Assembly (NCBI GenBank): GCA_963803975.1 | Contig: CAWDOY010000014.1 | Location: forward strand, 64,001 to 128,000 | Length of the DNA stretch: 64,000 nt | Direction: 5' to 3' | Source: an uncultured delta proteobacterium | GTDB taxonomy: Bacteria; Desulfobacterota; WTBG01; CAIYCZ01 | Shown: positions 22,068 to 32,469 of the stretch, piece after piece | Numbering within the stretch: position 1 is the stretch's first letter | Layout of the letters: every line of letters starts with the position of its first letter | The notes under the pieces: model-generated | Database searches by the model: none | Told to the model about the DNA's origin: nothing | What the model saw: the letters and a program-made list of their open reading frames with translations, nothing else | Position numbers and translations under genes: made by a program

Positions 22068-24734
22068 TTAAAGACTGGTTTCAGTTCTTTTTTCTATTTT
22101 CACCCGGGTCTGCAGCTGCGCTGCGCTCGCGAGTTCCTGGGCCGCAGGGCTTAAAAAGTGATACGGTATAAAGACGGCTCCCGGGCTCTGCCGGGCAATG
22201 ATTTTGGCTGTTATGGTCATGGCGCCCGTGGCTGATGAAACCTGAACCGTATCATTGTCTCTGATATCAAGCGCCCGTGCGTCCCCGGGGTTTATCTCAA
22301 GCCGTGCCTGCGGGTATACCGAACAGATTGCGGCTGACCTGGTGCTTACGGTTCCGCAGTGAAACAGTGTTGAGCCGATGAGAAGCGTAAACGGAAACTC
22401 TGCTGACGGTGCCTCCGGGGCGATAAAGTCAACCGGCCGGAGAGAGAAGCGGGCCGCGCCGTCAGCTCCCGGTGCCTCCCGGTCGGCCGCTTCTGAGAGC
22501 AGGTGACCCTTGACCGTGAGCGTCTCGTAGCTGACCGCATGATAGCGGGGGGCAAGGGATGCTATTTCTGCCATTACCGCAGCCGGGTTCCAGGACCCCA
22601 GGTCTTTGCCCAGGGCCTTTGCCACGCTGCAGAATATCTCCGCGTCGGTTTTTGTTTCACCGCAGGGCGGCAGGGCCTGGTTTAATCGCTGCACCCGGCC
22701 TTCGGCGTTGGTGTAGGTCCCGTCTTTCTCCGCAAAGCTTGCTGCGGGCAGGACCACATGGGCCATCTGTGCTGTGGGAGTCAAAAAAAGCTCCTGCACC
22801 ACCAGAAACTGCAGCTTACCGAAGGCGGTTTTTATTTTTTTCGTGTCAGGATAGGCCTGCACAGGGTTTTCGCCTGCGCAGTAGAGGGCCTTAATTGAGC
22901 CCTGCTCTGCTCCCGCGATAATCTGCTCGCAGGTAAGCCCCGGTTGTGCTGCAATAGCTGCGCCCCAGGCTTTGGCAAAGGCCTGCCGCACCGCCTCATC
23001 TGCCAGCTCCTGCGGGCCCGGCAAAAGATCCGGCACGGCACCCATATCAACGCTGCCGTGGGAGTTGCTCTTCTCGCCCAGGAACAGAACGCCGGCCCCG
23101 GGTTTGCCCGCATTTCCCGTAATCAGGGCCAGGTTTGCCGCGCTGCGGGCAAGCGCTGCATCATCTCCGCAAAAACCCATCCCGGCCGAGATGATGATAG
23201 CGGCCCTCGTGCCGGAAGCAAACCTCCGGGCCGCTTCCACTAAATCCTTCCCGACGATGCCGGTTGCCTGCTCAACAAAGGACGGGGTAAATTGGGCGAG
23301 CGATTTTTTCAGCTCCTCAATGCCGGAAGTTTCAGCAGCCACAAACTCCCGGTTTTCAAGGCCCTCTGTTAAAATAGTGTGGGCAAGGCCATTTAACAGG
23401 GCAATCTCGGTGCCCGGTTTATGTGCGAGATACGTCTGGGCAAAGCGTGCAAGTTTTATGCGGCGCGGGTCGGCAACGATAAGCTGCGCTCCCTTTTGTT
23501 TCACCGCAACATTCACCTGATACCCGACCACCGGGTGGGTTTCAGAGACATTGCTTCTGATGACCAGAAACCGGTCGCTGTTTTGCAGATCTTTGAACTC
23601 AAGGGGCGGCAGGCTCAGCCCCGAAGAATAGCCCCGGTGCGCATAGCCGCCGGAGTTGTCCACGTTATTGGTCCCGATGACCGCTCGCAGCAGCTTCTGA
23701 AAGAGGTATGCCTCTTCATTGGTGAGGCGCGCGGAGCAGAGTCCGGCAATGGCCTCGGGGCCTGCCTGCTCTTTGACCGCTTTCAGCCCCTCAGCAACGG
23801 CCTGCAGTGCTTCCTCCCAGGTTGCCGGGGTGAGCGTGCCGTTTTTTCGCACCAGCGGGCGGCTGATGCGCTCCCCGCTCATGACGTATTCATAGCCAAA
23901 GCGCCCTTTTATGCACAGGCTCCCCTGGTTGGCCGCGCCTTCCTCCTCGCCCAGGGCCCGCACAATACGGCCGTCTTTAAGCGAAAGTTTTATCGCGCAG
24001 CCGGTGCTGCAGAAGGAACAGACGGTTGAAACGTTCTCTACTTCCCAGGCGCGCGCTTTAAACTTAAACATGCGGTTGGTCAGGGCGCCGACCGGGCAGA
24101 TGTTTTCACACTCGCCGCAGAATTCGCAGTTGAGCGGCCGGTCAAAATCAGTGGCAATCCTGGTGCTGATGCCGCGGTTCACCATGCTCCACTCGCTGGC
24201 GCCCACCACTTCATCACAGACCCGCACACACATGCCGCACAGAACACAGCGGTTGGTATTGCGCTCCACCAGCGGGGACAGGTAATCAACGGGGTGATCG
24301 CTTTTTTTATCTTTAAAGCGGTTCCGGCTCACGCCGTACTCATACGTCAGATTCTGCAGCTGGCACTCCCCGCCCTTGTCACACCACGGGCAGTCAAGGG
24401 GATGCTGGATGAGAAGGAGCTCAAGCACGGTTTTGCGCGCTTTTATAATCTGCTCGGAGCTGGTGCGCACCACCATGCCTTCGGTTACCGGGGTAGAACA
24501 GGAGGGTGTGAGCCGCCCTTTCATCTGCTCGACCTCGACAACGCAGATGCGGCAGGCGCCAAAGGGCTGCAGCTTTTCATGATAACAGAGGGTGGGGATG
24601 CGTATCCCGGCCCGGGCTGCAGCTTCTAAAATTGTTGCTCCGTCTTCTGCCACGACCTCCTGATTGTCAATTGTTAACCGGATCATGTGCCGTATCCCTT
24701 TTTTATGCAATAGCTCTAAACGGGCAGGTTGCAA
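22068..24734 (-). CDS. nuoG: NuoG-like subunit with FdhA-type architecture, lacking the Mo/W ligand
   Basis: [2Fe-2S] C..GACRIC; HPLDCPWC; CVLCGMC and CEFCGEC; CSFCSTGC; NNVDNSGGY where Fdh has NNxDxCxRx(C/U)H. Confidence 0.85.
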   Translation of the reverse strand: MQPARLELLHKKGIRHMIRLTIDNQEVVAEDGATILEAAARAGIRIPTLCYHEKLQPFGACRICVVEVEQMKGRLTPSCSTPVTEGMVVRTSSEQIIKARKTVLELLLIQHPLDCPWCDKGGECQLQNLTYEYGVSRNRFKDKKSDHPVDYLSPLVERNTNRCVLCGMCVRVCDEVVGASEWSMVNRGISTRIATDFDRPLNCEFCGECENICPVGALTNRMFKFKARAWEVENVSTVCSFCSTGCAIKLSLKDGRIVRALGEEEGAANQGSLCIKGRFGYEYVMSGERISRPLVRKNGTLTPATWEEALQAVAEGLKAVKEQAGPEAIAGLCSARLTNEEAYLFQKLLRAVIGTNNVDNSGGYAHRGYSSGLSLPPLEFKDLQNSDRFLVIRSNVSETHPVVGYQVNVAVKQKGAQLIVADPRRIKLARFAQTYLAHKPGTEIALLNGLAHTILTEGLENREFVAAETSGIEELKKSLAQFTPSFVEQATGIVGKDLVEAARRFASGTRAAIIISAGMGFCGDDAALARSAANLALITGNAGKPGAGVLFLGEKSNSHGSVDMGAVPDLLPGPQELADEAVRQAFAKAWGAAIAAQPGLTCEQIIAGAEQGSIKALYCAGENPVQAYPDTKKIKTAFGKLQFLVVQELFLTPTAQMAHVVLPAASFAEKDGTYTNAEGRVQRLNQALPPCGETKTDAEIFCSVAKALGKDLGSWNPAAVMAEIASLAPRYHAVSYETLTVKGHLLSEAADREAPGADGAARFSLRPVDFIAPEAPSAEFPFTLLIGSTLFHCGTVSTRSAAICSVYPQARLEINPGDARALDIRDNDTVQVSSATGAMTITAKIIARQSPGAVFIPYHFLSPAAQELASAAQLQTRVKIEKRTETSL

Positions 24735-26490
24735 TACAGGTCTTGCATTTGGTACATATCGCTTTATCGATGAATGCTACGTGACCCTTCTCCCACGTAA
24801 TCGCCAGCACCGGACATGCCTTGGCGCATTTTCCACACTTCTTACACAGATCAGAAACCACTTCAAACTTGATCAGGTCAGTGCAGGAAACAGCCGGGCA
24901 GATCTTATCTTTAATATGCGCATCGTATTCGTCCCGGAAATAGCGGATGGTGGTGAGCACCGGGTTGGGCGCAGTCTGCCCCAGCCCGCAGAGAGAGGCA
25001 TTCTTGATGGTCACCGACAGGTCTTCCAGCGTCTCCACATCGCCTTCAGCGCCCTTGCCCGCGCAGATATTTTCCAGGATGTCGAGCATTACTTTGGTGC
25101 CGATTCTGCACGGGGTGCACTTGCCGCAGGATTCGTCCTGGGTAAATTCAAGGAAGAACTTGGCAAGGTTAACCATGCAGGAGGTCTCATCAATAACCAC
25201 CATGCCGCCGGAGCCCATAATGGCGCCGGTCTTGGTAATCGATTCGAAATCTACCGGGGTATCAACCAGGCTTTCCGGGACACACCCCCCGGAGGGCCCG
25301 CCCAGCTGCACTGCCTTCAGCTTTCTGCGGTTGGGTATGCCGCCGCCGATGTCATAGATGATGGTGCGCAGCGGGGTGCCCATGGGAACCTCTACCAGCC
25401 CGATATTATTTATTGCGCCGGTTACGGCAAACACCTTGGTTCCTTTGCTGCCCTCGGTTCCGAGGCGGTTAAACCACTGCGCGCTGTTGAGAATGATCGG
25501 CGGGACATTGGCGTAGGTTTCAACGTTATTGAGAATGGTGGGCTTTTTCCACAGCCCCTGATAGGCGGGAAACGGCGGCCGCGGCCGCGGCATGCCGCGC
25601 TTGCCCTCGATTGAGGTCATGAGCGCGGTCTCCTCGCCGCAGACAAAGGCGCCGGCCCCCTGATAGATCTCCACATCAAAATCAAAGCCCGAGCCTAAAA
25701 TGTTTTTTCCCAGCAGCCCGTATTCCCGGGCCTGGTTTATGGCGATCCTGAGCCTGCTCACCGCAAGGGGATACTCGGCCCGCACATAGATATACCCCTC
25801 ATGGGCGCCGATGGCTTTTGCCGCAATGGTCATGCCTTCCAGCACCACGTGCGGGTCGGCTTCCAGAATGCTGCGGTCCATAAACGCCCCCGGATCGCCC
25901 TCATCGCCGTTGCACAGCGCGTATTTTATGTCTCCCCGAGCTTTCGCGGCGAACTCCCATTTCATGCCGGTGGAAAACCCTGCTCCGCCCCGCCCGCGCA
26001 GGCCTGACTCCTTTATTTCGCTGATGATCTGCTCGGCAGACATCTCCATTAACGCGCGGGCAACAGCAAAGTAGCCGTTGCGCGCAATGTAATCATCGAT
26101 CTTTTCCGCATCGATAATACCCCGGTTGCGCAGCGCCCGCAATTCCTGCAGGCCGAAAAAGGAAATGTCGTGCATGCGCGGTATGGTCTTTTTCTTGGCC
26201 GGATCAGTAAACATGAGCCGTTCCACCGGCCGGCCCTGCAGCAGGTGCTCTTCCACCAGCTGGGCCATGTCCTCGGGCTTCAGCCGCTGATAAAAGATGC
26301 CTTCCGGATAGACCACCATTACCGGTCCGGCAGCGCAGAAACCATTGCACCCGGTAGCCACAACCAGGACCTCGTCTTCCAGGTTGCGTTTAACGAGCTC
26401 CTCCTCCAGGGCCTTCTTCACTGCCAGTGATTTGCTTGCAACACAGCCGGTTCCTGCGCAGACGAGCATATGACTCCTGTAATACTTCAC
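24703..26490 (-). CDS. nuoF: NuoF/HydB-like flavoprotein, long form
   Basis: RGRGGAGF, NGDEGDPGAFMDR, GAFVCGEETAL, GGPSGG, SCGKCTPCR; N-terminal thioredoxin-like [2Fe-2S]; C-terminal 2x[4Fe-4S]. Confidence 0.92.
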   Translation of the reverse strand: MKYYRSHMLVCAGTGCVASKSLAVKKALEEELVKRNLEDEVLVVATGCNGFCAAGPVMVVYPEGIFYQRLKPEDMAQLVEEHLLQGRPVERLMFTDPAKKKTIPRMHDISFFGLQELRALRNRGIIDAEKIDDYIARNGYFAVARALMEMSAEQIISEIKESGLRGRGGAGFSTGMKWEFAAKARGDIKYALCNGDEGDPGAFMDRSILEADPHVVLEGMTIAAKAIGAHEGYIYVRAEYPLAVSRLRIAINQAREYGLLGKNILGSGFDFDVEIYQGAGAFVCGEETALMTSIEGKRGMPRPRPPFPAYQGLWKKPTILNNVETYANVPPIILNSAQWFNRLGTEGSKGTKVFAVTGAINNIGLVEVPMGTPLRTIIYDIGGGIPNRRKLKAVQLGGPSGGCVPESLVDTPVDFESITKTGAIMGSGGMVVIDETSCMVNLAKFFLEFTQDESCGKCTPCRIGTKVMLDILENICAGKGAEGDVETLEDLSVTIKNASLCGLGQTAPNPVLTTIRYFRDEYDAHIKDKICPAVSCTDLIKFEVVSDLCKKCGKCAKACPVLAITWEKGHVAFIDKAICTKCKTCIATCPFRAIA

Positions 26491-26864
26491 CGCTCCGCCC
26501 CTTCCTCTGCTCTATAGTGTTCCAGAACCTTCCCGCCCATAACATGCTGGGAAAAAATTTCCTTTGCTGTTTCCTCGCTCACTTTGCCGTAAACCACCGG
26601 CTGCTCTGCTCCGCAGTGTATTGTTACCACGGGTTCCTGGCTGCAGCGGCCGGCACAGTCAGAAATCGTGACGATAACATCGCTTGCGTCCCGCGCCTCA
26701 AGCTCTTTTATAAACGCCTTGAGCACCGGCCGCGCGCCGGCGGCAATGCCGCACGGCCCCATATGAACAATAACCGTGACCCGGGCAGTGCCCTCCCGCA
26801 CCGTGACAAGAGATTTAAACCGCTGTTTAATTTTTTCCAGTTCTTCTCTGTTCATCTTAGACAT
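26487..26864 (-). CDS. Thioredoxin-like [2Fe-2S] ferredoxin (HndB/HydD-like)
   Basis: VHMGPCGIAAGA, CAGRCSQEP, YGKV. Confidence 0.85.
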   Translation of the reverse strand: MSKMNREELEKIKQRFKSLVTVREGTARVTVIVHMGPCGIAAGARPVLKAFIKELEARDASDVIVTISDCAGRCSQEPVVTIHCGAEQPVVYGKVSEETAKEIFSQHVMGGKVLEHYRAEEGAER

Positions 26865-26943
26865 GGACGGTCATCCTGCATCGCTCTGCGCTGTTAGTCT
26901 CTTAAGACTACTTTTCTTGCAAAAATGGAAAGAAAAATTAAAA

Positions 26944-27071
26944 ATCTGGAACTCAAGAAATCAGAAAATTTTGTTTTTACCTTTGTGAGTTCCTGAGTTC
27001 CAAATTCAAATCTTCTTTGTTTCTTTTTTAGTCTTTGCGGTTACCTTTGGTTCCGGCTGGTCCGGGTTAGG
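26944..27071. repeat. Inverted 9-mer repeat element plus TGGTTCCGGCTGGTCCGGGTTAGG end motif
   Basis: ATCTGGAACTCAAGAAATCAGAAA pairs with TTTGTGAGTTCCTGAGTTCCAAAT; relative at 10913-10935. Confidence 0.55.
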
Positions 27072-27073
27072 TA

Positions 27074-27520
27074 TTAATAGTTTTTTAAAATCTCTGCGGC
27101 GGTTACCGGGTCCAGCAATCCATAGGTATCTTCTCCGACCACGGCAACCGGGGCGAGCCCGCAGGCGCCAAGACAGCGCACGCCTTCCATGGAAAATTTG
27201 CGGTCCGGCGTCACTTCACCCAGGTCGATATGCAGCGCAGTACTCAGCTTCTGCACTATTTCCTCTGCGCGCTTCACATAACAGGCCGTCCCCAGGCACA
27301 CCCTGATGACATGCCTGCCGCGCGGCTTCATGGTGAAAAAGGAATAGAAGGATACCACGCCGTATACCATGCTCGGCGATATTTCAAGGCCCTCGGCCAT
27401 GCGGCGCTGAATATCTGCCGGAAGATAGCCGCAGATTTCCTGAGCCCGCTGCAGCGCGGGGATGAGTGCGCCGGGTTTACCCTTATGCTCGGCAATCACC
27501 TGGTCCAGCGCGGCGAGCAT
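27074..27520 (-). CDS. nuoE: NuoE/HydC-like [2Fe-2S] subunit (start may lie ~60 nt upstream)
   Basis: VCLGTACYV, CLGACGLAPV. Confidence 0.92.
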   Translation of the reverse strand: MLAALDQVIAEHKGKPGALIPALQRAQEICGYLPADIQRRMAEGLEISPSMVYGVVSFYSFFTMKPRGRHVIRVCLGTACYVKRAEEIVQKLSTALHIDLGEVTPDRKFSMEGVRCLGACGLAPVAVVGEDTYGLLDPVTAAEILKNY

Positions 27521-27615
27521 CTCCTGCGTGATAAAAGAAAGGGGGTTCCCTTCGGCGGTTTCATTGTTCAGCTGTCTGCATATTCATCCCCGTCAATCAG
27601 CTTTTCAAAAACCTG

Positions 27616-28812
27616 TTAGCGGTCAACTTCTCCCAGAACAATATCAATGCTGCCGATAATGGCGACCATGTCTGCTATCATCTGTCCCTTTGCCATGGTG
27701 CACAGCGACTCAAGATTGGCAAAGCTGGGGGTGCGTACCTTCAGGCGGTACGGCTTTGGACCGCCGTCGCTTCTGATATAAAAACCCAGCTCGCCGCGCG
27801 GTGACTCAACCGCGGCATACACTTCCCCTGCAGGGACGCTATACCCTTCCATCATGATTTTGAAATGATGAATCAGGCCTTCAATCGTCGTTAAAACGCG
27901 CTCTTTCTCCGGGGGCACCACCCGGGGCGCTGCTGCCAGCACCGGCCCTCCGGGAAGGCCCTCAAGCGCCTGCACGCAGATCCGGGTGGCCTGGCGCATC
28001 TCTGCAATGCGCACCAGGTATCGGTCATAGACATCCCCGCGCGTTCCCCGCGGCACCTCAAACTCGTAGCGATCGTAGCCGCTGTAGGGCAGGTGTTTTC
28101 TTAAGTCCCAGTCAATGCCGCTGGCCCGCAGGCCCGGGCCGCTTAAGCCCAGCGCAATGGCATCGTCCCCGCTGATGATGCCCACGCCCTGGGTGCGGCG
28201 CTTCCAAATGGGGTTTTCGGTGAGCAGGGCTTCATACATATCAACCTTTTCATAAAACCCTGACAAAAATTTCCGGGCCCGCACTAAAAAGCTTTTCGGC
28301 ACATCCGCTGCTACGCCGCCTACCCGGAAATAGGCCAGGTGCATGCGCGCGCCCCAGACCTCTTCATACATGTCAAGTATTTCTTCGCGCTCGCGAAACA
28401 TATAGAGCAGCGGGCTCATGGCCCCGATGTCCAGCGCATGGGTCCCCAGCCAGATTAAATGGCTCTGGATTCTGGTCAATTCACTGAGTAAAACGCGCAG
28501 CGCCACCGCGCGTTCAGGTATCTCGATACCCAGCAGTTTTTCTACCGCCAGCACATACCCGAGATTGTTGATGAGCGGTGAACAGTAGTCCAGGCGGTCC
28601 ATCAGGGGAATCACCTGGTTGTAGGTCATGTGCTCAGCCAGTTTTTCCACGCCGCGGTGCAGGTGGCCGATAACCGGCTCCGCGTTTACAATCACCTCGC
28701 CATCCAGCTCCAGGATTACCCGCAGAACCCCATGGGTTGAGGGGTGCTGAGGTCCCATATTCAATATGAGATGCTCGCTGCCTGCCGTTTCTGCTGCAAT
28801 CGGTGCCGCCAT
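27616..28812 (-). CDS. nuoD: Complex I subunit D
   Basis: NMGPQHPSTHGVLR, DRLDY, GSIDIVLGEVDR; no NiFe CxxC motifs. Confidence 0.96.
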   Translation of the reverse strand: MAAPIAAETAGSEHLILNMGPQHPSTHGVLRVILELDGEVIVNAEPVIGHLHRGVEKLAEHMTYNQVIPLMDRLDYCSPLINNLGYVLAVEKLLGIEIPERAVALRVLLSELTRIQSHLIWLGTHALDIGAMSPLLYMFREREEILDMYEEVWGARMHLAYFRVGGVAADVPKSFLVRARKFLSGFYEKVDMYEALLTENPIWKRRTQGVGIISGDDAIALGLSGPGLRASGIDWDLRKHLPYSGYDRYEFEVPRGTRGDVYDRYLVRIAEMRQATRICVQALEGLPGGPVLAAAPRVVPPEKERVLTTIEGLIHHFKIMMEGYSVPAGEVYAAVESPRGELGFYIRSDGGPKPYRLKVRTPSFANLESLCTMAKGQMIADMVAIIGSIDIVLGEVDR

Positions 28813-28814
28813 AG

Positions 28815-29312
28815 TTACTTCTCTCCTCTGAGCGGATATTCCTTGCGCAGGGGATGTCCGCTGAATCCATCCGGCGTAAGGATTCTTTTTAAATCCGGGT
28901 GCCCCGCAAAGGTTATGCCCAGCAGGTCATATGCTTCTCGCTCATACCAGTTCGCCGCCGGCCAGATGCCGGTCACCGAGGGCAGTTCAGTGCCCCGGTC
29001 TATGCGCACCTTGATGCGCACGCGGCTCCGGTGCTTCATGCTCAACAGATGATACACAACTTCAAAGGCCCCGGCAGCACAATCAACGCCGGTCAGATCT
29101 GATAAAAAGGTGAAGGCAAAGGCTTCCTGGTCCCGCAGCTGCCGGGCAACGGCAAGCAGCTGTTCCGGCAGCACGGTTATGGTCAGCTCGCCGCAGGCTT
29201 CCGTTACTGCAGTCAGCCGGTCTCCCAGATGCGTGGTCAGTTCCTCTTTCATAGCGTCGTGCCCCGAATGGTTTCGCGCTCTATCTTTTCCTGCAGCTTT
29301 ATAATCCCCCAC
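28815..29312 (-). CDS. nuoC: Complex I subunit C (start probably 29252)
   Basis: [26 protein letters not shown]. Confidence 0.94.
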   Translation of the reverse strand: MGDYKAAGKDRARNHSGHDAMKEELTTHLGDRLTAVTEACGELTITVLPEQLLAVARQLRDQEAFAFTFLSDLTGVDCAAGAFEVVYHLLSMKHRSRVRIKVRIDRGTELPSVTGIWPAANWYEREAYDLLGITFAGHPDLKRILTPDGFSGHPLRKEYPLRGEK

Positions 29313-29731
29313 AGCAGGGCCTCTGGCCGCGGCGGACAGCCGGGAATATAGACATCAACCGGAAACAGCTCATCAACCCCCTGCACTACGGCGTAGCTTT
29401 TAAACATGCCGCCGCTTGCGGCACAGGCTCCCATGGCGATTACCCATTTGGGATTGGGCATCTGGTCGTAGATGAGTTTCACGATCGGGGCCATTTTCTG
29501 GGTGACGGTTCCGGCTACAATCAAGAGGTCCGCCTGCCGCGGTGATGCTCTGAATACTTCTGACCCGAACCGGGCGATATCATACCGTGAGGCCGCAGTA
29601 GCCATCATCTCGATGGCGCAGCAAGCCAGGCCGAAGGTGGCCGGCCAGATGCTGCTCTTGCGTGCCCAGTTGACCACCTTGTCCACGGTGGTGGTCAGGA
29701 AGGTATCTCCTAAATATTCCTCGATCCCCAT
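29249..29731 (-). CDS. nuoB: Complex I subunit B
   Basis: [22 protein letters not shown]. Confidence 0.96.
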   Translation of the reverse strand: MGIEEYLGDTFLTTTVDKVVNWARKSSIWPATFGLACCAIEMMATAASRYDIARFGSEVFRASPRQADLLIVAGTVTQKMAPIVKLIYDQMPNPKWVIAMGACAASGGMFKSYAVVQGVDELFPVDVYIPGCPPRPEALLWGIIKLQEKIERETIRGTTL

Positions 29732-30078
29732 TCCAAGGCCCCTTTCTTCCAGATGTAGATAAAGCCTATTAACAGGATCCCGATAAACAGCACCATCTCA
29801 ATCAGGCCGAATAATTTAAGGCTTTTATAGATAACTGCCCAGGGATATAGAAACATTGCTTCAATATCAAAAACAATGAACAGCATGGCAATGATATAAA
29901 ATTTTATGGGAAACCGCTGCCGGGCATTGCCGGTGGGAATGTTGCCGCACTCATAGGCCATAAGCTTTTCGCTGGAGTCCTGGCGTTTGCCCACCAGCCG
30001 GGACAGGACAACGACCACCACGCAGAATGCCGTTGCTATCGCAAGCATAAAAAGTATTGGGATATATCCTTCGTTCAT
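29710..30078 (-). CDS. nuoA: Complex I subunit A
   Basis: YECG, FIVFDIE, KKGALEW. Confidence 0.95.
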   Translation of the reverse strand: MNEGYIPILFMLAIATAFCVVVVVLSRLVGKRQDSSEKLMAYECGNIPTGNARQRFPIKFYIIAMLFIVFDIEAMFLYPWAVIYKSLKLFGLIEMVLFIGILLIGFIYIWKKGALEWGSRNI

Positions 30079-30131
30079 AGTAACGCCCCTGCTGATAAAA
30101 GAAACGCCGTTTGCCGGTAAACAGATAGTAA

Positions 30132-30443
30132 TTATGTTCTTGGGTGATTTATATTACCGGGTTGTCCTAAGGGAAGTTTGCATTTTTTGCACGCGCTGGC
30201 TAACGAGTTATTAATCTGTAAACATGACGGGCAAACCAAAACTTTTTCTATAGTTCTTGATGTGAGCCCTGAGGAGAAAATGGCAATTCCCGCAATAGCG
30301 ATTCCTACCCCCGCAAAATACAGGCTTTCGCGGTATATGGGGTTAAGCTGAACAATATAATTCAGCTTGGTGAGAAGAACGCCGACGACACAAAAAAGAC
30401 TGCCGAGACCTTTTTTATTAAAGCAACTGAACCTTGGTAACAT
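30132..30443 (-). CDS. Small 2-TM protein with C-terminal zinc ribbon
   Basis: Two hydrophobic stretches followed by CPSC-x10-CKKC. Confidence 0.55.
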   Translation of the reverse strand: MLPRFSCFNKKGLGSLFCVVGVLLTKLNYIVQLNPIYRESLYFAGVGIAIAGIAIFSSGLTSRTIEKVLVCPSCLQINNSLASACKKCKLPLGQPGNINHPRT

Positions 30444-31641
30444 AGATGGCGGTCAGTATTGCAGTGGTTATAACGCCGGCAATATTGGGACCCATGGCAT
30501 AGGGCAGAATAAACGCTTCTTCGTTCACTTCGTTAGCACACTTATGGGCGACCTTTGCTGTCGAGGGAACACAGGAGACCCCGGCAATGCCTATTAATGG
30601 ATTGATCTTTCCCTTGCTTAACCAGCAGGCAAGATAACCACCCAAAAGCCCGCCTATACCCGAAAGAAACAGGGCCACAAAACCCAGGATGATTAATTTA
30701 AACATTTGTGGATTTACCACGATGTCCGCGCTGAGCAGGCAGCCCAGCAAAAACCCCAGAAAAAGGGTTGCCCCGGTTAAAATAACTTCATCAGCGAAAC
30801 GAACATATCTGGTTACGTTTGATTCTTTAATAATAACCCCGAGAAAAAAACTTACAAAAAGGGGCGCTGCTACGGGAAAAAGAAGGCTGAGAACTGTTCC
30901 GGTTACGATGCTAAACGATATCTTTTCTCCGGAAGATACTTTTATTATCTTCATTTCCTTCATCGGTATCCCGCGCAGTTTTTTAGGAACCAGGGCTTTA
31001 ATAAGGTATGGATAGCCGGAATAAACAATGCTTAGATAAATATAGGAAATTATAGAGATAGGAACAAAAAGATTTTTTGCCAGTTGCAGGGACGCAAAAA
31101 GCACCATGGGGCCGTCTGCTCCACCGATTACCGCAATTGCCGCAGATTCTTTTGGTGTAAAACCCATGGCGATTGCTATCGGAAAGGTTAAAAATGTTCC
31201 GAGTTCCGCAGGAATTGCAAGCATCAAACTCAGTTTTGGATTACCGATGAAAAAGTCAAGCTCGGTAATGGCCCCGATGCCGAGAAAAACCATGCAGGCA
31301 ATGAGTCCGTTTGAAAATGTGAGCGCATATATGGGCTGGAGAAAGTATACCTGCAGCGCATTAATATGATCTGTCGGAGTGTTTACCATTGAGTCCAGAA
31401 ACATGGTTCCGAGTTTTTGTTTTGCGGGATCTGCCAAATCAGGCATCATAAGGATGCCCGCATTTACCAGACAGATGCCGACTCCCATCGGAACCATTAT
31501 TAACGGTTCCAGAATATCCTTGCAGCCCAGATAAAGAATTAAAAAGCCCAGTCCAATTAAAAAAATCCGTGCGATTGCCATTTCCGTCGGCATTTGAAAA
31601 AAAGACATAATGCCCGGAAAAATATTAAAAAAATTATCCAT
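30418..31641 (-). CDS. Na+-translocating decarboxylase beta subunit (OadB/GcdB/MmdB family)
   Basis: EPLIMVPMG, IAVIGGADGP, IGIAGVSCVP, AMGPNIAGVI. Confidence 0.92.
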   Translation of the reverse strand: MDNFFNIFPGIMSFFQMPTEMAIARIFLIGLGFLILYLGCKDILEPLIMVPMGVGICLVNAGILMMPDLADPAKQKLGTMFLDSMVNTPTDHINALQVYFLQPIYALTFSNGLIACMVFLGIGAITELDFFIGNPKLSLMLAIPAELGTFLTFPIAIAMGFTPKESAAIAVIGGADGPMVLFASLQLAKNLFVPISIISYIYLSIVYSGYPYLIKALVPKKLRGIPMKEMKIIKVSSGEKISFSIVTGTVLSLLFPVAAPLFVSFFLGVIIKESNVTRYVRFADEVILTGATLFLGFLLGCLLSADIVVNPQMFKLIILGFVALFLSGIGGLLGGYLACWLSKGKINPLIGIAGVSCVPSTAKVAHKCANEVNEEAFILPYAMGPNIAGVITTAILTAIYVTKVQLL

Positions 31642-31647
31642 ATCCCG

Positions 31648-31764
31648 TTATCCTTTTTTCGTAAACCGGCTCACAGCAACGATCAGTAACCACATGACAA
31701 AGGTTATAACTGTTCCCATAAGATAAACATTTAACGCAAATTTAAAAGCATCCCAGACGCTCAT
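31648..31764 (-). CDS. 38-aa single-TM protein (below ORF-track cutoff)
   Basis: MSVWDAFKFALNVYLMGTVITFVMWLLIVAVSRFTKKG*; AAGGA RBS; fills the gap between biotin carrier and beta subunit. Confidence 0.6.
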   Translation of the reverse strand: MSVWDAFKFALNVYLMGTVITFVMWLLIVAVSRFTKKG

Positions 31765-31775
31765 TGACTTTTCCT

Positions 31776-32150
31776 TTAACTTATTACTATTAACTCTTCA
31801 TCTTTTTGCACGGCTGTTCCCGCTGTTACTTTTATTTCTGAAACGGTTCCGTCAACCTTTGCTTTTATTTCCTGTTCCATTTTCATCGCTTCTAAAATAA
31901 TTAAAACATCCCCCTTTTTTACGGTCTGTCCCTGACTGCATTTAACGGCTATGATTTTACCCGGCATCGGGGATGTTACTGATTTTCCTCCACCAGCAAA
32001 AGCCGGCTTGCTCGGCGCTGCGCTTGTCGTTACCGGGTTTTGTGTTTCTCTTCTATTTTCAACTGCCGCGGGTGATCCTTCGGTCAGCTCTTCAACCTCT
32101 GCCTCAAATAATTTGCCATCTATCTTTATTTTAAATTTCCGTACCGACAT
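31776..32150 (-). CDS. Biotin carboxyl carrier subunit
   Basis: SPMPGKI and EAMKM biotinylation motif. Confidence 0.93.
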   Translation of the reverse strand: MSVRKFKIKIDGKLFEAEVEELTEGSPAAVENRRETQNPVTTSAAPSKPAFAGGGKSVTSPMPGKIIAVKCSQGQTVKKGDVLIILEAMKMEQEIKAKVDGTVSEIKVTAGTAVQKDEELIVIS

Positions 32151-32164
32151 GACCCGACTCCTTT

Positions 32165-32467
32165 CTATTCATGCATGTTCATTCTTCTTCTCATTATTTC
32201 CTGTCTTCCAAAAAATCTCCAGGAAGAAACTTTTTCTTGTTTTCCAGACAAAACTATTTTCTTTATTCTAAAGGGTTTTTCCTCCATCATCATGGCTATC
32301 GCTGCAACAAGTGCCGGCTTTTCATAATCATCACTTTCTCGTGTTGACTGCTGAGGAGGCAGCTCCTTTTTTTCTTCTTTTCTATAATTAAAAAAACTAT
32401 AAACTAATGTTATTATTATTAAAATAACGGCAAGGTAACTTAAGGGTTCAATTGTTATTGGCTGCAT
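32165..32467 (-). CDS. OadG/GcdD-like membrane anchor subunit
   Basis: N-terminal TM, LVAAI, C-terminal SWRxxGRQ. Confidence 0.65.
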   Translation of the reverse strand: MQPITIEPLSYLAVILIIITLVYSFFNYRKEEKKELPPQQSTRESDDYEKPALVAAIAMMMEEKPFRIKKIVLSGKQEKVSSWRFFGRQEIMRRRMNMHE

Positions 32468-32469
32468 GA

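Noticed and set aside
22068..28812. Selenocysteine formate dehydrogenase or group 4 hydrogenase
   Set aside because: No in-frame TGA or ligand Cys at the Fdh site; NuoD lacks the Ni-binding CxxC pairs.
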